Shown piece after piece: positions 49,594-58,254 of a stretch of DNA of 64,000 bases. A program made the position numbers and the translations under genes. Source of the DNA: Escherichia phage EcS1; the sequence record NC_055721.1, one strand, 5' to 3'. The number at the start of each line of letters is the position of its first letter. The stretch's first letter is position 1. The notes beneath the pieces were generated by a model that ran no database searches, was not told the DNA's origin, and saw only the letters and a program-made list of their open reading frames with translations.

Positions 49594-51855
49594 TCAAAGT
49601 TTACAAGAAGAGCAATCTTCTTCTTTTGGAACTTCGATTTCATAATCATCAGTACCAGAACCATCACGAGTATTATGATAGTAAGCTGTCTTACCACCGA
49701 AGTACCACAGATGAAGCATATCATCCATCATGACTGACATCGGAACCTTACCTTTAGGGTAGTTCTGTGGGTCATAGTACATGTTAGTAGAAATAGACTG
49801 ACATACGAATTTCTGCATAATTGCTACTTGATTCAAGTAACCTTTATTACCAGATTTCGCTAACTTCCAAGCATAATCATAAAGATCAACATTAGTATCA
49901 ACATTAGGCACAACTTGGTTAAAGGAACCTTCTTTCGATTCTTTAACACTTACAGGCCCACGTGGCGGCTCGATACCATTAGTGCTATTTGATACCTGGC
50001 TCGAAGATTCACAAGGCATGAGCGCGGATAAGGTACTGTTACGGATACCGTAACTTCTGAGGTCTTCCCGCAACTGTTCCCAGTCACAAACGTACGATGG
50101 GGCTGCGAGTTGGTCAATCTTTTTATTGTACCAGTCGATAGGTAACTCGCCTCTAGACCAACGAGTGTCTGAATAATACTCGCAATGGCCTTTTTCTTTC
50201 GCTAATTTGACTGATGCTCTGATGAGTGCATATTGAAGTCTTTCCATCATTTCGTGAGTTAAATCGTTTGCATCATTATATGATGCAAAGTTATCAGCTA
50301 ACCAAGCAGCATAGTTCGTGATACCAACACCGAGTGCACGACGTTTTTTAGCTTTCAAAGCTTCCGGGACAGGATAACCTTGATAGTCTAATAAATTATC
50401 TAAAGCACGAACTTGTACTTCGGCTAATTCGTTAATTTCGTCTTGGTTCTGCCAATCGAAGTTACCGAGTACATAAGCAGATAAAGTGCAAAGTGCGATT
50501 TCTGGGTCTTCACCACCAACGTCTTTAGTAGGAAGCGCGATTTCACAGCACAAGTTTGATTGCTTAACCGTAGCCACATCACGAATAAAAGGACCATACT
50601 CACCGACGTTATCTACAAAGTAAGGGTAAATACGAGCCGTACCTGAACGTTCAGTAAAGAACAATTCGAAGAGCTCGCGAGCTTTAATTCGTTTCTTACG
50701 AACCGTAGGATCTTTTTCTAAAGCTTCATAGAAATTACGGAACTTCAGAGGGTCAGCAAAATACGCTTCGTAAAGTTCGCCTTTCATGATGTCAGGACTG
50801 AACAACGTGATGTAATCATTTTTAACCAAACGTTCAAACATCAGGTCATTAATCTGAACACCATAGTCTAGATGACGAATACGGTTTTCATCTACACCTT
50901 TGTTGTTCTTCAGAACTAACAGGTTTTCCACTTCAAGATGCCATATCGGATAATACAACGTTGCTGCACCACCACGTACGCCACCTTGTGAACAACTCTT
51001 CACTGCGGTTTGGAAATGTTTCCAGAATGGAATCACCCCAGTATGTTTGACTTCACCATGACCAATCTTAGAACCTTCAGCACGAATCATACCACCATTA
51101 ATACCAATACCAGCACGTTTACTGATATAACGAATAATAGCTTCTGCACCTTTGTTAATTGATGTCAGTGAATCACCACTTTCAATAACAACACAAGAAC
51201 TAAACTGACGAGTTGGAGTACGAACACCTGCCATAATAGGAGTAGGCAACGAAACCTTACGAGTTGAAACAGCATCATAAAAACGAACTACGTTCTTAAT
51301 ACGATGTTCACCATCATCTTGGTGCAAACACATACCGATAAGCATGAATGCAAATTGAGGCGTTTCATAAATCTTGCCAGTTGAACGATCTTTGACTAGG
51401 TATTTTTCGATTAACTGCATCGTACCAGCATAAGTGAATTCAAAGTCACGGTCGTGTTTGATTTGAGATTCAAACAACTGGATTTCTTCTGCAGACCATT
51501 TGCTTAGGATTTCGGTGTCATAAAGACCTGCGTTAACTACTGAAGAGATGTGGTCGATAAACCGAGGTGGTTCGAATTGATTGAAAACATCTTTACGAAG
51601 ACCAAACATAGCTAGATTACTTGCTACATATTGATAATCTGGTTCGTCAACTGTAATACGGTTAGCAGCAACTTTAATAACTGCTTTATGAATTTCTTTA
51701 GTGGTCATTCCATCACGCAGATGACTTTTAACTTCTTCATAAAGGTCATAAGGGTTAACGGCTATAGATGTACTTGCGCACGACCATTCAAGGACTTGGA
51801 TGATTTTACTTGGTGTAAAATCTTGACTAACGCCTGAACTTTTTATTACTTGCAT
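49594..51855 (-). CDS. nrdA: Ribonucleotide reductase large subunit (start reassigned to MQVIKSSGVSQDF)
   Basis: 753 aa from internal ATG matching recalled T4 NrdA N-terminus; C-terminal CxxC redox tail (CSSCKL). Confidence 0.95.
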   Translation of the reverse strand: MQVIKSSGVSQDFTPSKIIQVLEWSCASTSIAVNPYDLYEEVKSHLRDGMTTKEIHKAVIKVAANRITVDEPDYQYVASNLAMFGLRKDVFNQFEPPRFIDHISSVVNAGLYDTEILSKWSAEEIQLFESQIKHDRDFEFTYAGTMQLIEKYLVKDRSTGKIYETPQFAFMLIGMCLHQDDGEHRIKNVVRFYDAVSTRKVSLPTPIMAGVRTPTRQFSSCVVIESGDSLTSINKGAEAIIRYISKRAGIGINGGMIRAEGSKIGHGEVKHTGVIPFWKHFQTAVKSCSQGGVRGGAATLYYPIWHLEVENLLVLKNNKGVDENRIRHLDYGVQINDLMFERLVKNDYITLFSPDIMKGELYEAYFADPLKFRNFYEALEKDPTVRKKRIKARELFELFFTERSGTARIYPYFVDNVGEYGPFIRDVATVKQSNLCCEIALPTKDVGGEDPEIALCTLSAYVLGNFDWQNQDEINELAEVQVRALDNLLDYQGYPVPEALKAKKRRALGVGITNYAAWLADNFASYNDANDLTHEMMERLQYALIRASVKLAKEKGHCEYYSDTRWSRGELPIDWYNKKIDQLAAPSYVCDWEQLREDLRSYGIRNSTLSALMPCESSSQVSNSTNGIEPPRGPVSVKESKEGSFNQVVPNVDTNVDLYDYAWKLAKSGNKGYLNQVAIMQKFVCQSISTNMYYDPQNYPKGKVPMSVMMDDMLHLWYFGGKTAYYHNTRDGSGTDDYEIEVPKEEDCSSCKL

Positions 51856-51874
51856 TTTTGTCCCATATTGTGAA

Positions 51875-51882
51875 TATAAATA
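51875..51882 (+). promoter_or_regulatory. Late promoter TATAAATA upstream of I-TevI-like HEG
   Basis: Perfect box 26 nt before ATG, GAGGAG RBS between. Confidence 0.55.
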
Positions 51883-51907
51883 CCAAAATATAGAGGAGTT
51901 ACCCCAC

Positions 51908-52666
51908 ATGAAATCAGGCATTTATAGAATAATTAACATTAATAATAACAAATCTTACGTTGGCAGCACTATAGACTTCCAAGCAAGATGGAAACGACAT
52001 TTTTCGGATTTGAAGAACGGGTGTCATTCTTCAATCAAACTCCAACGTTCATACGATAAACATGGTAAAGATTCATTCGTTTGTGAAATAGTTGAGCAGA
52101 CTCCATATGATGAATCTATAATTTCATTAGAAGATTATTATATCATCTATTTTGATTCAAAACAAAACGGATATAATATTGCTAACGCAGCATTTGGCGA
52201 CACTTTATCGCACCACCCTAACAAAGAAGAAATATTTAAGAAAATAAGCATTTCTCTTAGAGAAAACAATGAAAAACTTTCTGAAGAAGAAAGGAAAAAT
52301 AAATTTGGAAGTAAAAGTTGTAAGAAAGGTAAAAGCTACGAAGAATTTTACGGAGCTAAAAAGGCTCAAGAAATAGGTCTTAAACTTTCAGAAAGCAATT
52401 ATAATAGACAAATGTCTGGAACTAATAATCCATTCTTTGGTAAGACACATAGTGACGAAGTTAGAAAGAGAATTTCTGCCACACAGAAAGGACGTAAGAA
52501 ACCTCATGTTAAATTAAGTATAGAAGGAACTATTTATCAATCAGTGGCAGAAGCAATGAAAGCCACAAATCTTTCTCGTAAAGTTATAGAAAGACGTTGT
52601 GGCTCTGAATTATTCATAGATTGGTTTAGACTTCATATAGCCATTTTACCTTTAATTGGAGGGTGA
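51908..52666 (+). CDS. Free-standing GIY-YIG homing endonuclease, I-TevI-like
   Basis: 252 aa; KSGIYRI..N.KSYVGST.DF.ARWKRHFSDLKNGCHSSIKLQRS, NGYNIANAAFGDT.SHHP.KEEI and C-terminal HTH-like IEGTIYQSVAEAMKATNLSRKVIERR align with recalled I-TevI; TATAAATA and GAGGAG upstream. Confidence 0.9.
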   Translation: MKSGIYRIININNNKSYVGSTIDFQARWKRHFSDLKNGCHSSIKLQRSYDKHGKDSFVCEIVEQTPYDESIISLEDYYIIYFDSKQNGYNIANAAFGDTLSHHPNKEEIFKKISISLRENNEKLSEEERKNKFGSKSCKKGKSYEEFYGAKKAQEIGLKLSESNYNRQMSGTNNPFFGKTHSDEVRKRISATQKGRKKPHVKLSIEGTIYQSVAEAMKATNLSRKVIERRCGSELFIDWFRLHIAILPLIGG

Positions 52667-53496
52667 CTTTCATAATTTTTCAAAACAAAGTCTTCATGCA
52701 TTGTCATTTCAGTTACCCAAGTCAATTGAGCATGAGTTGTAGACACGTCAAAGTTAGAAGGTAGACCTTTGATTTCTAACTGACACAGCTCTTTAGGTTC
52801 ACGTCGTAGAATTTCTTTACACTGTTCTACATGGTTCAAATAGATGTGTGTATTGCCGCCTGAGAACACTAAGTCACCTGGAATAAGATTACACATCTTC
52901 GCTACGATATGCACAAGAGCGGCGTATGACGCAATATTAAATGGCAATCCTAAGAACACGTCAACACTTCGTTGATACCATTGCAAGTCTAGGTGGCCTT
53001 CACGCACGTTGAACTGATAGAACATATGACAAGGTGGAAGAGCCATCTTATCAATTTCAGCTGGGTTCCATGCTGAAACAATTTGACGACGATCATTAGG
53101 CATAGCCTTGATACGCTCAATTGTTTTAATTACCTGGTCGACGCCACCGAAATCTCGCCATTGCTTCCCATAAACAGGACCAAGTTCGCCACCAGAATAG
53201 CCAAGGTCTTTTGCTTGGTTTTCATAGTTATCGTCCCAAATAGTGTTACCGTCAAGATAAGAACCATGTGTACGGAATCGAAGGTCATTGACATTTGTAG
53301 AACCAGACAAGAACCACAGAAGCTCAGAGATACAGGCTTTCCATGCTAATTTCTTAGTCGTTACAGCTGGAAAACCTTTAGTCAGGTCCCAGCGTAGTTT
53401 AGTACCGAACAATGCTATCGTACCAGTTCCAGTACGATCATCAGTTTCATAACCATTAGTCAAAATGTGTTGAATCAGATGTTGATATTGCTTCAT
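52633..53496 (-). CDS. td: Thymidylate synthase, intronless
   Basis: 287 aa continuous ORF, ThyA-like throughout. Confidence 0.95.
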   Translation of the reverse strand: MKQYQHLIQHILTNGYETDDRTGTGTIALFGTKLRWDLTKGFPAVTTKKLAWKACISELLWFLSGSTNVNDLRFRTHGSYLDGNTIWDDNYENQAKDLGYSGGELGPVYGKQWRDFGGVDQVIKTIERIKAMPNDRRQIVSAWNPAEIDKMALPPCHMFYQFNVREGHLDLQWYQRSVDVFLGLPFNIASYAALVHIVAKMCNLIPGDLVFSGGNTHIYLNHVEQCKEILRREPKELCQLEIKGLPSNFDVSTTHAQLTWVTEMTMHEDFVLKNYESHPPIKGKMAI

Positions 53497-53906
53497 TAAT
53501 AATTCTCTTGTAAAGGATAAAAGAGGATTTCACGTCCATTCTTTTCGAATCGACCAATCATGATAACAGAATCAGAAGTATACTCTATATTTCCTAAAGC
53601 AGAGGCCTTTACAAGTTGTCCGTAATGAGGACAAACTTTCATACGTCCTTGGTCGAATACACCTGGACCACCTGCATAACAATAGAAATAGTCAGAACCA
53701 CCACGAATAGCTTCTACGGCTACTTCTATTTTGTAGATTCCATGTTCAAAAATATCAGCGGCATATCGTTGTGGGTCTTTTTTATATTCAGCAATTGTTG
53801 GTGCTGAAATCAAAGGACATAATGGCCAGTTCTTTTGTTCTTCACGTTTAAGTAATGTTAGGAGCATAATGTTCTTCCAGTGGATTGATATAAACTTCTG
53901 AGCCAA
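53496..53906 (-). CDS. Hypothetical protein, paralog A of tandem pair (probable start at 53867, MLLTLL)
   Basis: Shares LTLL..K.W...HGIY.(V/I)E and GN(V/I).Y...GRF.K.G.E...PL(E/Q)E(N/H)Y with 53848..54195; stop overlaps td start. Confidence 0.5.
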   Translation of the reverse strand: MAQKFISIHWKNIMLLTLLKREEQKNWPLCPLISAPTIAEYKKDPQRYAADIFEHGIYKIEVAVEAIRGGSDYFYCYAGGPGVFDQGRMKVCPHYGQLVKASALGNIEYTSDSVIMIGRFEKNGREILFYPLQENY

Positions 53907-54195
53907 TTTTGTAGAATCGACCAGTGATAACCATCACAGGACCATTCTCTGAATCATTATAAGTCACATTACCTGCAGCATGACCTAAGAACCATGTTTT
54001 AGTAGAAGTGCCGATATAAACAGGCTCATTGCCTTTATTGTTATACATGCAGCAGTCTTTAGACCATTGGTACAATTCATTGACTGGAATTTCTACACGA
54101 TAGATTCCATGCTCGTGACGCCAATTCTTCCAGACTTTTTGTTTCTTGTCTGCTTCAAGAAGAGTTAAGTTATACCCCAGTTTTGACATATACAT
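53848..54195 (-). CDS. Hypothetical protein, paralog B of tandem pair
   Basis: Paralogous to 53496..53906 (see above). Confidence 0.5.
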   Translation of the reverse strand: MYMSKLGYNLTLLEADKKQKVWKNWRHEHGIYRVEIPVNELYQWSKDCCMYNNKGNEPVYIGTSTKTWFLGHAAGNVTYNDSENGPVMVITGRFYKIGSEVYINPLEEHYAPNIT

Positions 54196-54793
54196 CCTCG
54201 CTGATATTTGTTACTGCATCAATATGATAATAGTGAGATTCTTTAAACAAGAAACCAGAGTCTTCGCGCGCTGGAGCAACAATAAAGCTCATTGGCAATT
54301 GAGTGTCAGAGTTCACCCTGTGACGTTTACGGATAGAGGTTTGTATTACCTTATCTGAGAATGGATAAGCTTGCTGAAGTAGTCCTGCACCACCTATCAC
54401 TGAATATACACCTTCTTCACGACTAAAGATAGCATTGAAATCAGCATTAGGGCTAGAAACTTGAAGTTCATGACCGTTCAGGAATTTATCGAATTGATAG
54501 TCACTTATATAAAAGTGAGCCAATGAGCCATCTTGAGTTGTAGGATAGTCACGAGACAAATCGCAAACAACTACATGAGGGCGTCCTACTAGTGGCTTAG
54601 GGAAACTAGAAAACGTCTTAGCTCCCATAATTAAAGTAGTGCCTTCAGTACGAGCTTTAAAGTTTTTAAGGTCTTGAGGAATATGGCCCCATGGTAACCC
54701 ACCATTTATTCCAAATGCAAATTCATTTTCGCCTGAAACAGTTTTAGTCCCAGCATAAGCATAAATTAATTGAATCATTGATTTTCCCACCAT
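54170..54793 (-). CDS. frd: Dihydrofolate reductase
   Basis: ELAFG...GLPWG, DL.NFKARTEGT.MIMGAKTF, HIVVCDL.RDYP.T.DG.LAHFYI, QVSSPNA, VIGG match recalled T4 Frd. Confidence 0.92.
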   Translation of the reverse strand: MVGKSMIQLIYAYAGTKTVSGENEFAFGINGGLPWGHIPQDLKNFKARTEGTTLIMGAKTFSSFPKPLVGRPHVVVCDLSRDYPTTQDGSLAHFYISDYQFDKFLNGHELQVSSPNADFNAIFSREEGVYSVIGGAGLLQQAYPFSDKVIQTSIRKRHRVNSDTQLPMSFIVAPAREDSGFLFKESHYYHIDAVTNISEDVYVKTGV

Positions 54794-55011
54794 TCAATAG
54801 CTTTTTTAACATCACAAAAATAATCAGAATTAATGCAACCACCGAATTCATCGTATAGGCACACTTCAATGAAACTAAGGCGTAAATGACAATCTGATTC
54901 ATGCATAGCTTGTTCTGCATGCATCTCAAAAATAGATAAATCTGATGATGTGAATGCACAATGGAGAAGATAATTATGGTCTTCGCCTTTGTATGAAATT
55001 GTTGTAATCAT
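54775..55011 (-). CDS. Hypothetical small protein (frd.x-like)
   Basis: 78 aa ORF. Confidence 0.4.
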   Translation of the reverse strand: MITTISYKGEDHNYLLHCAFTSSDLSIFEMHAEQAMHESDCHLRLSFIEVCLYDEFGGCINSDYFCDVKKAIEWWENQ

Positions 55012-55211
55012 CGACGTACCTCTTCAGCCATTTCTTCGAGAGCAGGGATTAGTTTGCGGGAGAATTCAATATTAGGGCCGCGGCCTATACGAGAAAAGAA
55101 GCCTGAAGTCATTTCTTTATGAGCCTGACGCATTGCATCGCGTACCAATAAGACTCCTTCAGCACGAGCATCTTTAAGCAGTTTATCAAGTTCTTCTTTA
55201 CTAATTTCCAT
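55008..55211 (-). CDS. Hypothetical small protein
   Basis: 67 aa ORF. Confidence 0.45.
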   Translation of the reverse strand: MEISKEELDKLLKDARAEGVLLVRDAMRQAHKEMTSGFFSRIGRGPNIEFSRKLIPALEEMAEEVRR

Positions 55212-55305
55212 AGCCTTGCCTCATTCCACATTGAATACACTTGCCACCAGCGAACATAAGTCCACACCCACAATACTTACATTCCCAATCAGTCAGAATT
55301 CTCAT
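55201..55305 (-). CDS. Zinc-ribbon-like micro-protein (34 aa)
   Basis: Hand-translated MRILTDWECKYCGCGLMFAGGKCIQCGMRQGYGN; start overlaps upstream stop (ATGA), stop overlaps downstream start. Confidence 0.35.
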   Translation of the reverse strand: MRILTDWECKYCGCGLMFAGGKCIQCGMRQGYGN

Positions 55306-55580
55306 TTTGTTTTCTTAGCAATTTTCCAGGCAGCTTTGAAAGCTTCGACTTCTTCAATTTCAATCCAAAAACCAGAACCAAAGCCATCGTCATAACAAGG
55401 ACAGCCGTCGCAATAGTCTTCCCAAGTAAGATCACGACCGCCAAGAGAAGAACCAGTTTCCATTGCACGCAGACGAATTTCAGCAGCTTCAATAGCTTCA
55501 GGGTCGTTACCTTCAATAGTGAAGTACCATTTTCCACGATATTCATTACCTAAGTTGATTGAGTTACGTTTAAGTTTCAT
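55302..55580 (-). CDS. Hypothetical protein (start at MKLKRNS after AAGGAG RBS)
   Basis: ORF with strong RBS. Confidence 0.5.
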   Translation of the reverse strand: MKLKRNSINLGNEYRGKWYFTIEGNDPEAIEAAEIRLRAMETGSSLGGRDLTWEDYCDGCPCYDDGFGSGFWIEIEEVEAFKAAWKIAKKTK

Positions 55581-55635
55581 TTTATTCTCCTTGTTGGTGT
55601 AGAAGCATAATACCATACCTCTACACCGTTGTACA

Positions 55636-55974
55636 CTACTTATTGAAAGTCTTTTTGATCAATGCAATCATTTCTTCTGCATTGCCTTCGTAGACAGTCA
55701 AAGTTATCGACTCATCTTTTATTTTTTCAAAGTATTTGAATTCACCTTGTGCTAGTTCAAAGTAAGGGACAAAACCACCTGAACCTGCAACTTGCCCATT
55801 GGCAAACTCGATTTCATCTACATAAAGGTCATAATCACATTTACTAACATTTCGAACAGTGAACCAACCACCATTCTTATCGATCAAACGAACCATTTCA
55901 TTGTTACAATGAGCATTTTCCATGAAAGCTGAGGTGCACTCTTCTTTCAAGCGATATTTTTTATCAACTTGCAT
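55636..55974 (-). CDS. Hypothetical protein
   Basis: 112 aa ORF. Confidence 0.5.
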   Translation of the reverse strand: MQVDKKYRLKEECTSAFMENAHCNNEMVRLIDKNGGWFTVRNVSKCDYDLYVDEIEFANGQVAGSGGFVPYFELAQGEFKYFEKIKDESITLTVYEGNAEEMIALIKKTFNK

Positions 55975-55976
55975 TT

Positions 55977-56207
55977 TTATTCACCTGATTCAACAATTGT
56001 ATCAAAAAGTTCTTCAATCATTTCTGGGTACATGCCAACACAGTACTCACGGTTTAGATAAAGATTGATAGTACGACGGTCACCTTCAATAGTGATTTCC
56101 ATACTGTAACCATTAGTAACACATTCAACTTCTTTAAGATTGTACTTATCAAGACAAGTCTCTTTGAAATAAGCATAATCGTAGATATCAATAGTTACTT
56201 TAGCCAT
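55977..56207 (-). CDS. Hypothetical small protein
   Basis: 76 aa ORF with own promoter and leader hairpin. Confidence 0.5.
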   Translation of the reverse strand: MAKVTIDIYDYAYFKETCLDKYNLKEVECVTNGYSMEITIEGDRRTINLYLNREYCVGMYPEMIEELFDTIVESGE

Positions 56208-56237
56208 TTTGTTTTCCTCACTTGTTTGTAGGAAAAC

Positions 56238-56266
56238 ATCTTACCACATCTAAATGAGGTTGTAAA
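56238..56266 (-). promoter_or_regulatory. Sigma70-like early promoter (TTTACA-17-TAAGAT) immediately after gene 32 terminator
   Basis: Hexamers read on minus strand; homologous to 46371-46399 unit. Confidence 0.5.
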
Positions 56267-56267
56267 C

Positions 56268-56297
56268 AGATACAAAAATGGGAGACCGAAGTCTCCC
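56268..56297 (-). terminator. Gene 32 terminator (GGGAGAC-TTCG-GTCTCCC + ATTTTTGT)
   Basis: Hairpin 7 nt after gene 32 stop, T-run follows. Confidence 0.8.
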
Positions 56298-56304
56298 ATC
56301 ATTA

Positions 56305-57210
56305 TTACATACCTGCTAACAGAGCATCTAAGTCGTCTTCATCAGCACCACTTGGTGTGGTATCACGAGATTGGACATTAGTACGAGCTGTATCAGTAAA
56401 GTCTTTCATATCTTGGTCGAAGGCATCAAGTGAATCACCGATTGCATCAGCCTGAGCAGAAGCTTTAGCGGCAGCACCACCAAGTGCAGCGATACCAAAT
56501 ACTTGTTCAAATTTCTTCTGGTTTACATCCAGAGTTTTGAACTTATCTTTAGAAGTCAGTTCGCTCAAATCAGACATATTGTCATTGAGGAATGTCTGGA
56601 ACGTTTCGTCGTTGATATTAGGGATTTCAGATTGACCTAAGAATTTAGAGTCATCATAGTTCTTGAAATCACCGACTTTCTTAGTTTTCAGTACGAAGTT
56701 CGCACCATCGAAAGGACATGTCACATCGACTGGAGTTTCACCGATAGAGGTATCAACTTCAACCATTGCTGTGATTTTGTCGTATACTTTCTGACCAAAA
56801 CGGAACTTGAATACTTTACCTTCTGTTTCTGGGTTAGCTTTATCTTGAACAACCAAGATGTTAGCCCAGTATGAAGTCTTACGCTTCAGGAGTTGGTATT
56901 CAGGCTTATTCGTATTGTACGAATCATTTTTAGACAGATATTGGCAAACTGGACAGTTATCAAAGTCACCATGAGTAGAAGTACAGTTTTCGATGTACCA
57001 TTTACCATTTTTCTTGAAACCGTGATTCACCAGCTTAGCAAACGGAAGACCTTCATCACCTTTACCTGGAAGGAAACGAATAACAGCCATGCCATTACCG
57101 TTGTCGTCTTTCAATTTCCATTCATTCTTATCGTCAGAAGAGAAACCTTGACCACCTTTCAGAGAAGCCAGTTGTGCTTGAAGAGCTGCAGGATCTTTAC
57201 GCTTGAACAT
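56305..57210 (-). CDS. 32: Single-stranded DNA-binding protein gp32
   Basis: 301 aa (same as T4); [67 protein letters not shown] match recalled T4 gp32. Confidence 0.97.
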   Translation of the reverse strand: MFKRKDPAALQAQLASLKGGQGFSSDDKNEWKLKDDNGNGMAVIRFLPGKGDEGLPFAKLVNHGFKKNGKWYIENCTSTHGDFDNCPVCQYLSKNDSYNTNKPEYQLLKRKTSYWANILVVQDKANPETEGKVFKFRFGQKVYDKITAMVEVDTSIGETPVDVTCPFDGANFVLKTKKVGDFKNYDDSKFLGQSEIPNINDETFQTFLNDNMSDLSELTSKDKFKTLDVNQKKFEQVFGIAALGGAAAKASAQADAIGDSLDAFDQDMKDFTDTARTNVQSRDTTPSGADEDDLDALLAGM

Positions 57211-57295
57211 ATTTTATTACCTTATTTAAATTAACAGTTTATTTTATTAGTTGATGTGACATAATGCCTCACATCTGGCATACTGATATTTATAA
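57211..57295 (-). promoter_or_regulatory. Gene 32 leader with hairpin (ATGTGA-N9-TCACAT) and minus-strand TATAAATA; candidate translational operator
   Basis: Hairpin and A/U-rich leader read upstream of gene 32 ATG; T4 gp32 autoregulates on its leader (from memory). Confidence 0.4.
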
Positions 57296-57949
57296 TCAGA
57301 TTTTGCAACTCTTGATAGTTTGTATAAAGAGCGTTTTAGCTTCCAAGGGATTAATATTCAAAATCTTCTTGTAAGCTTTCAATTTAATCGAATAATTCGA
57401 CCAAACTAAATCAGTAGACAGTTCGTCATGTTTATCTATTATATCCAAAAAAGAATCAAGCAAAATAAACGTTTCAAAACTGATAACGTTTGATTGGAGA
57501 AGCTTGAAGATATAACTCGAGCTGACGTTCTTATTATACACAAATAATTCGTTAAGCGAATTGGTTTCAACTTTCTGAGCGAAGTAATACATGTTCTTAA
57601 TATCATCTTCGAACACGGTTTTAACTCGTTTCAGTTTACCAATATATTCACGATAAAATACTAACGCGTCAGCATCACTGATGTCGCCAATCCATGCATC
57701 TTGGTTAGCAACCAAGTTACTCATGAATATTAATGTTAGTTCTTTAAGAGTGTATTTGTCAGCTAGTTTTTCAAAGAAATACTTGTCACGACGTTTGTTA
57801 TAGGCTGCGTCAGAAATTCGCATGGTCCAATTATACTTTATAACGTCGTAACGACCATTAAAGTGCTGTTTGAGCATCAAATACAACATATAAACTGATT
57901 TACCATTTATATGTCGTGTATTATTAGGAGGCATGCGAATTTGAATCAT
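57296..57949 (-). CDS. 59: Helicase loader gp59
   Basis: 217 aa (same as T4); YDVIKYNW.MR.SDAAY.KRRDKYFF, VANQDAWIGDISDADALVFYREYIG, SSYIFKLLQSN.ISFETFILLDSFL.IIDKHDE. Confidence 0.95.
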   Translation of the reverse strand: MIQIRMPPNNTRHINGKSVYMLYLMLKQHFNGRYDVIKYNWTMRISDAAYNKRRDKYFFEKLADKYTLKELTLIFMSNLVANQDAWIGDISDADALVFYREYIGKLKRVKTVFEDDIKNMYYFAQKVETNSLNELFVYNKNVSSSYIFKLLQSNVISFETFILLDSFLDIIDKHDELSTDLVWSNYSIKLKAYKKILNINPLEAKTLFIQTIKSCKI

Positions 57950-58254
57950 AGCAAGAAATCCAGGGTATTTGTTCGTTGAGTACGAGCCATAGATGGACGA
58001 AGAAGATTATCGTCAATGGCTTCGCTCATAATTTTATCAATTATACCAGTCGGAATGAATCGAGCAAATTGACCTTCTGGAACAGAGTTTTCTTCAAGCC
58101 AGGCAGTCGTTACTTCAAGATAAGAAGAACCGGTTTTAGCAACCAGTTTTTCAATATCGAAGCCATTTTGTTGTTTATCTAAAGAAGTATTGATATCATC
58201 TTTAGTAATAGGGGCGCCAGCCCCATCATCATTTAGCAGGGAAAATTGAGTCAT
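57946..58254 (-). CDS. 33: Late transcription accessory protein gp33 (start at MTQFSL)
   Basis: C-terminal ENSVPEGQFARFIPTGIIDKIMSEAIDDNLLRPS...TNTLDFLL matches recalled T4 gp33. Confidence 0.85.
   Translation of the reverse strand: MTQFSLLNDDGAGAPITKDDINTSLDKQQNGFDIEKLVAKTGSSYLEVTTAWLEENSVPEGQFARFIPTGIIDKIMSEAIDDNLLRPSMARTQRTNTLDFLL

Larger units (their letters stand above)
51856..52666 (+). mobile_element. Putative homing-endonuclease insertion between nrdA and td
   Basis: HEG on + strand embedded antisense inside minus-strand early operon; T4 has td adjacent to nrdA (from memory). Confidence 0.5.

Noticed and set aside
51856-51921. N-terminal 22-residue extension of nrdA in the ORF track (MPDFMWGNSSIF...)
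   Set aside because: The recalled T4 NrdA N-terminus matches the internal start MQVIKSSGVSQ; the extension overlaps the HEG promoter region.
53848-54195. GIY and YIG tripeptides in paralog B suggesting a second GIY-YIG endonuclease
   Set aside because: The two tripeptides are about 28 residues apart rather than the roughly 10 seen in the GIY-YIG fold, and the conserved Arg/Glu context is absent.
55289-55546. 85-aa hydrophobic ORF overlapping 55302..55616 in another frame
   Set aside because: Leu/Lys/Val low-complexity translation; the alternative frame gives a normal protein with an AAGGAG RBS.
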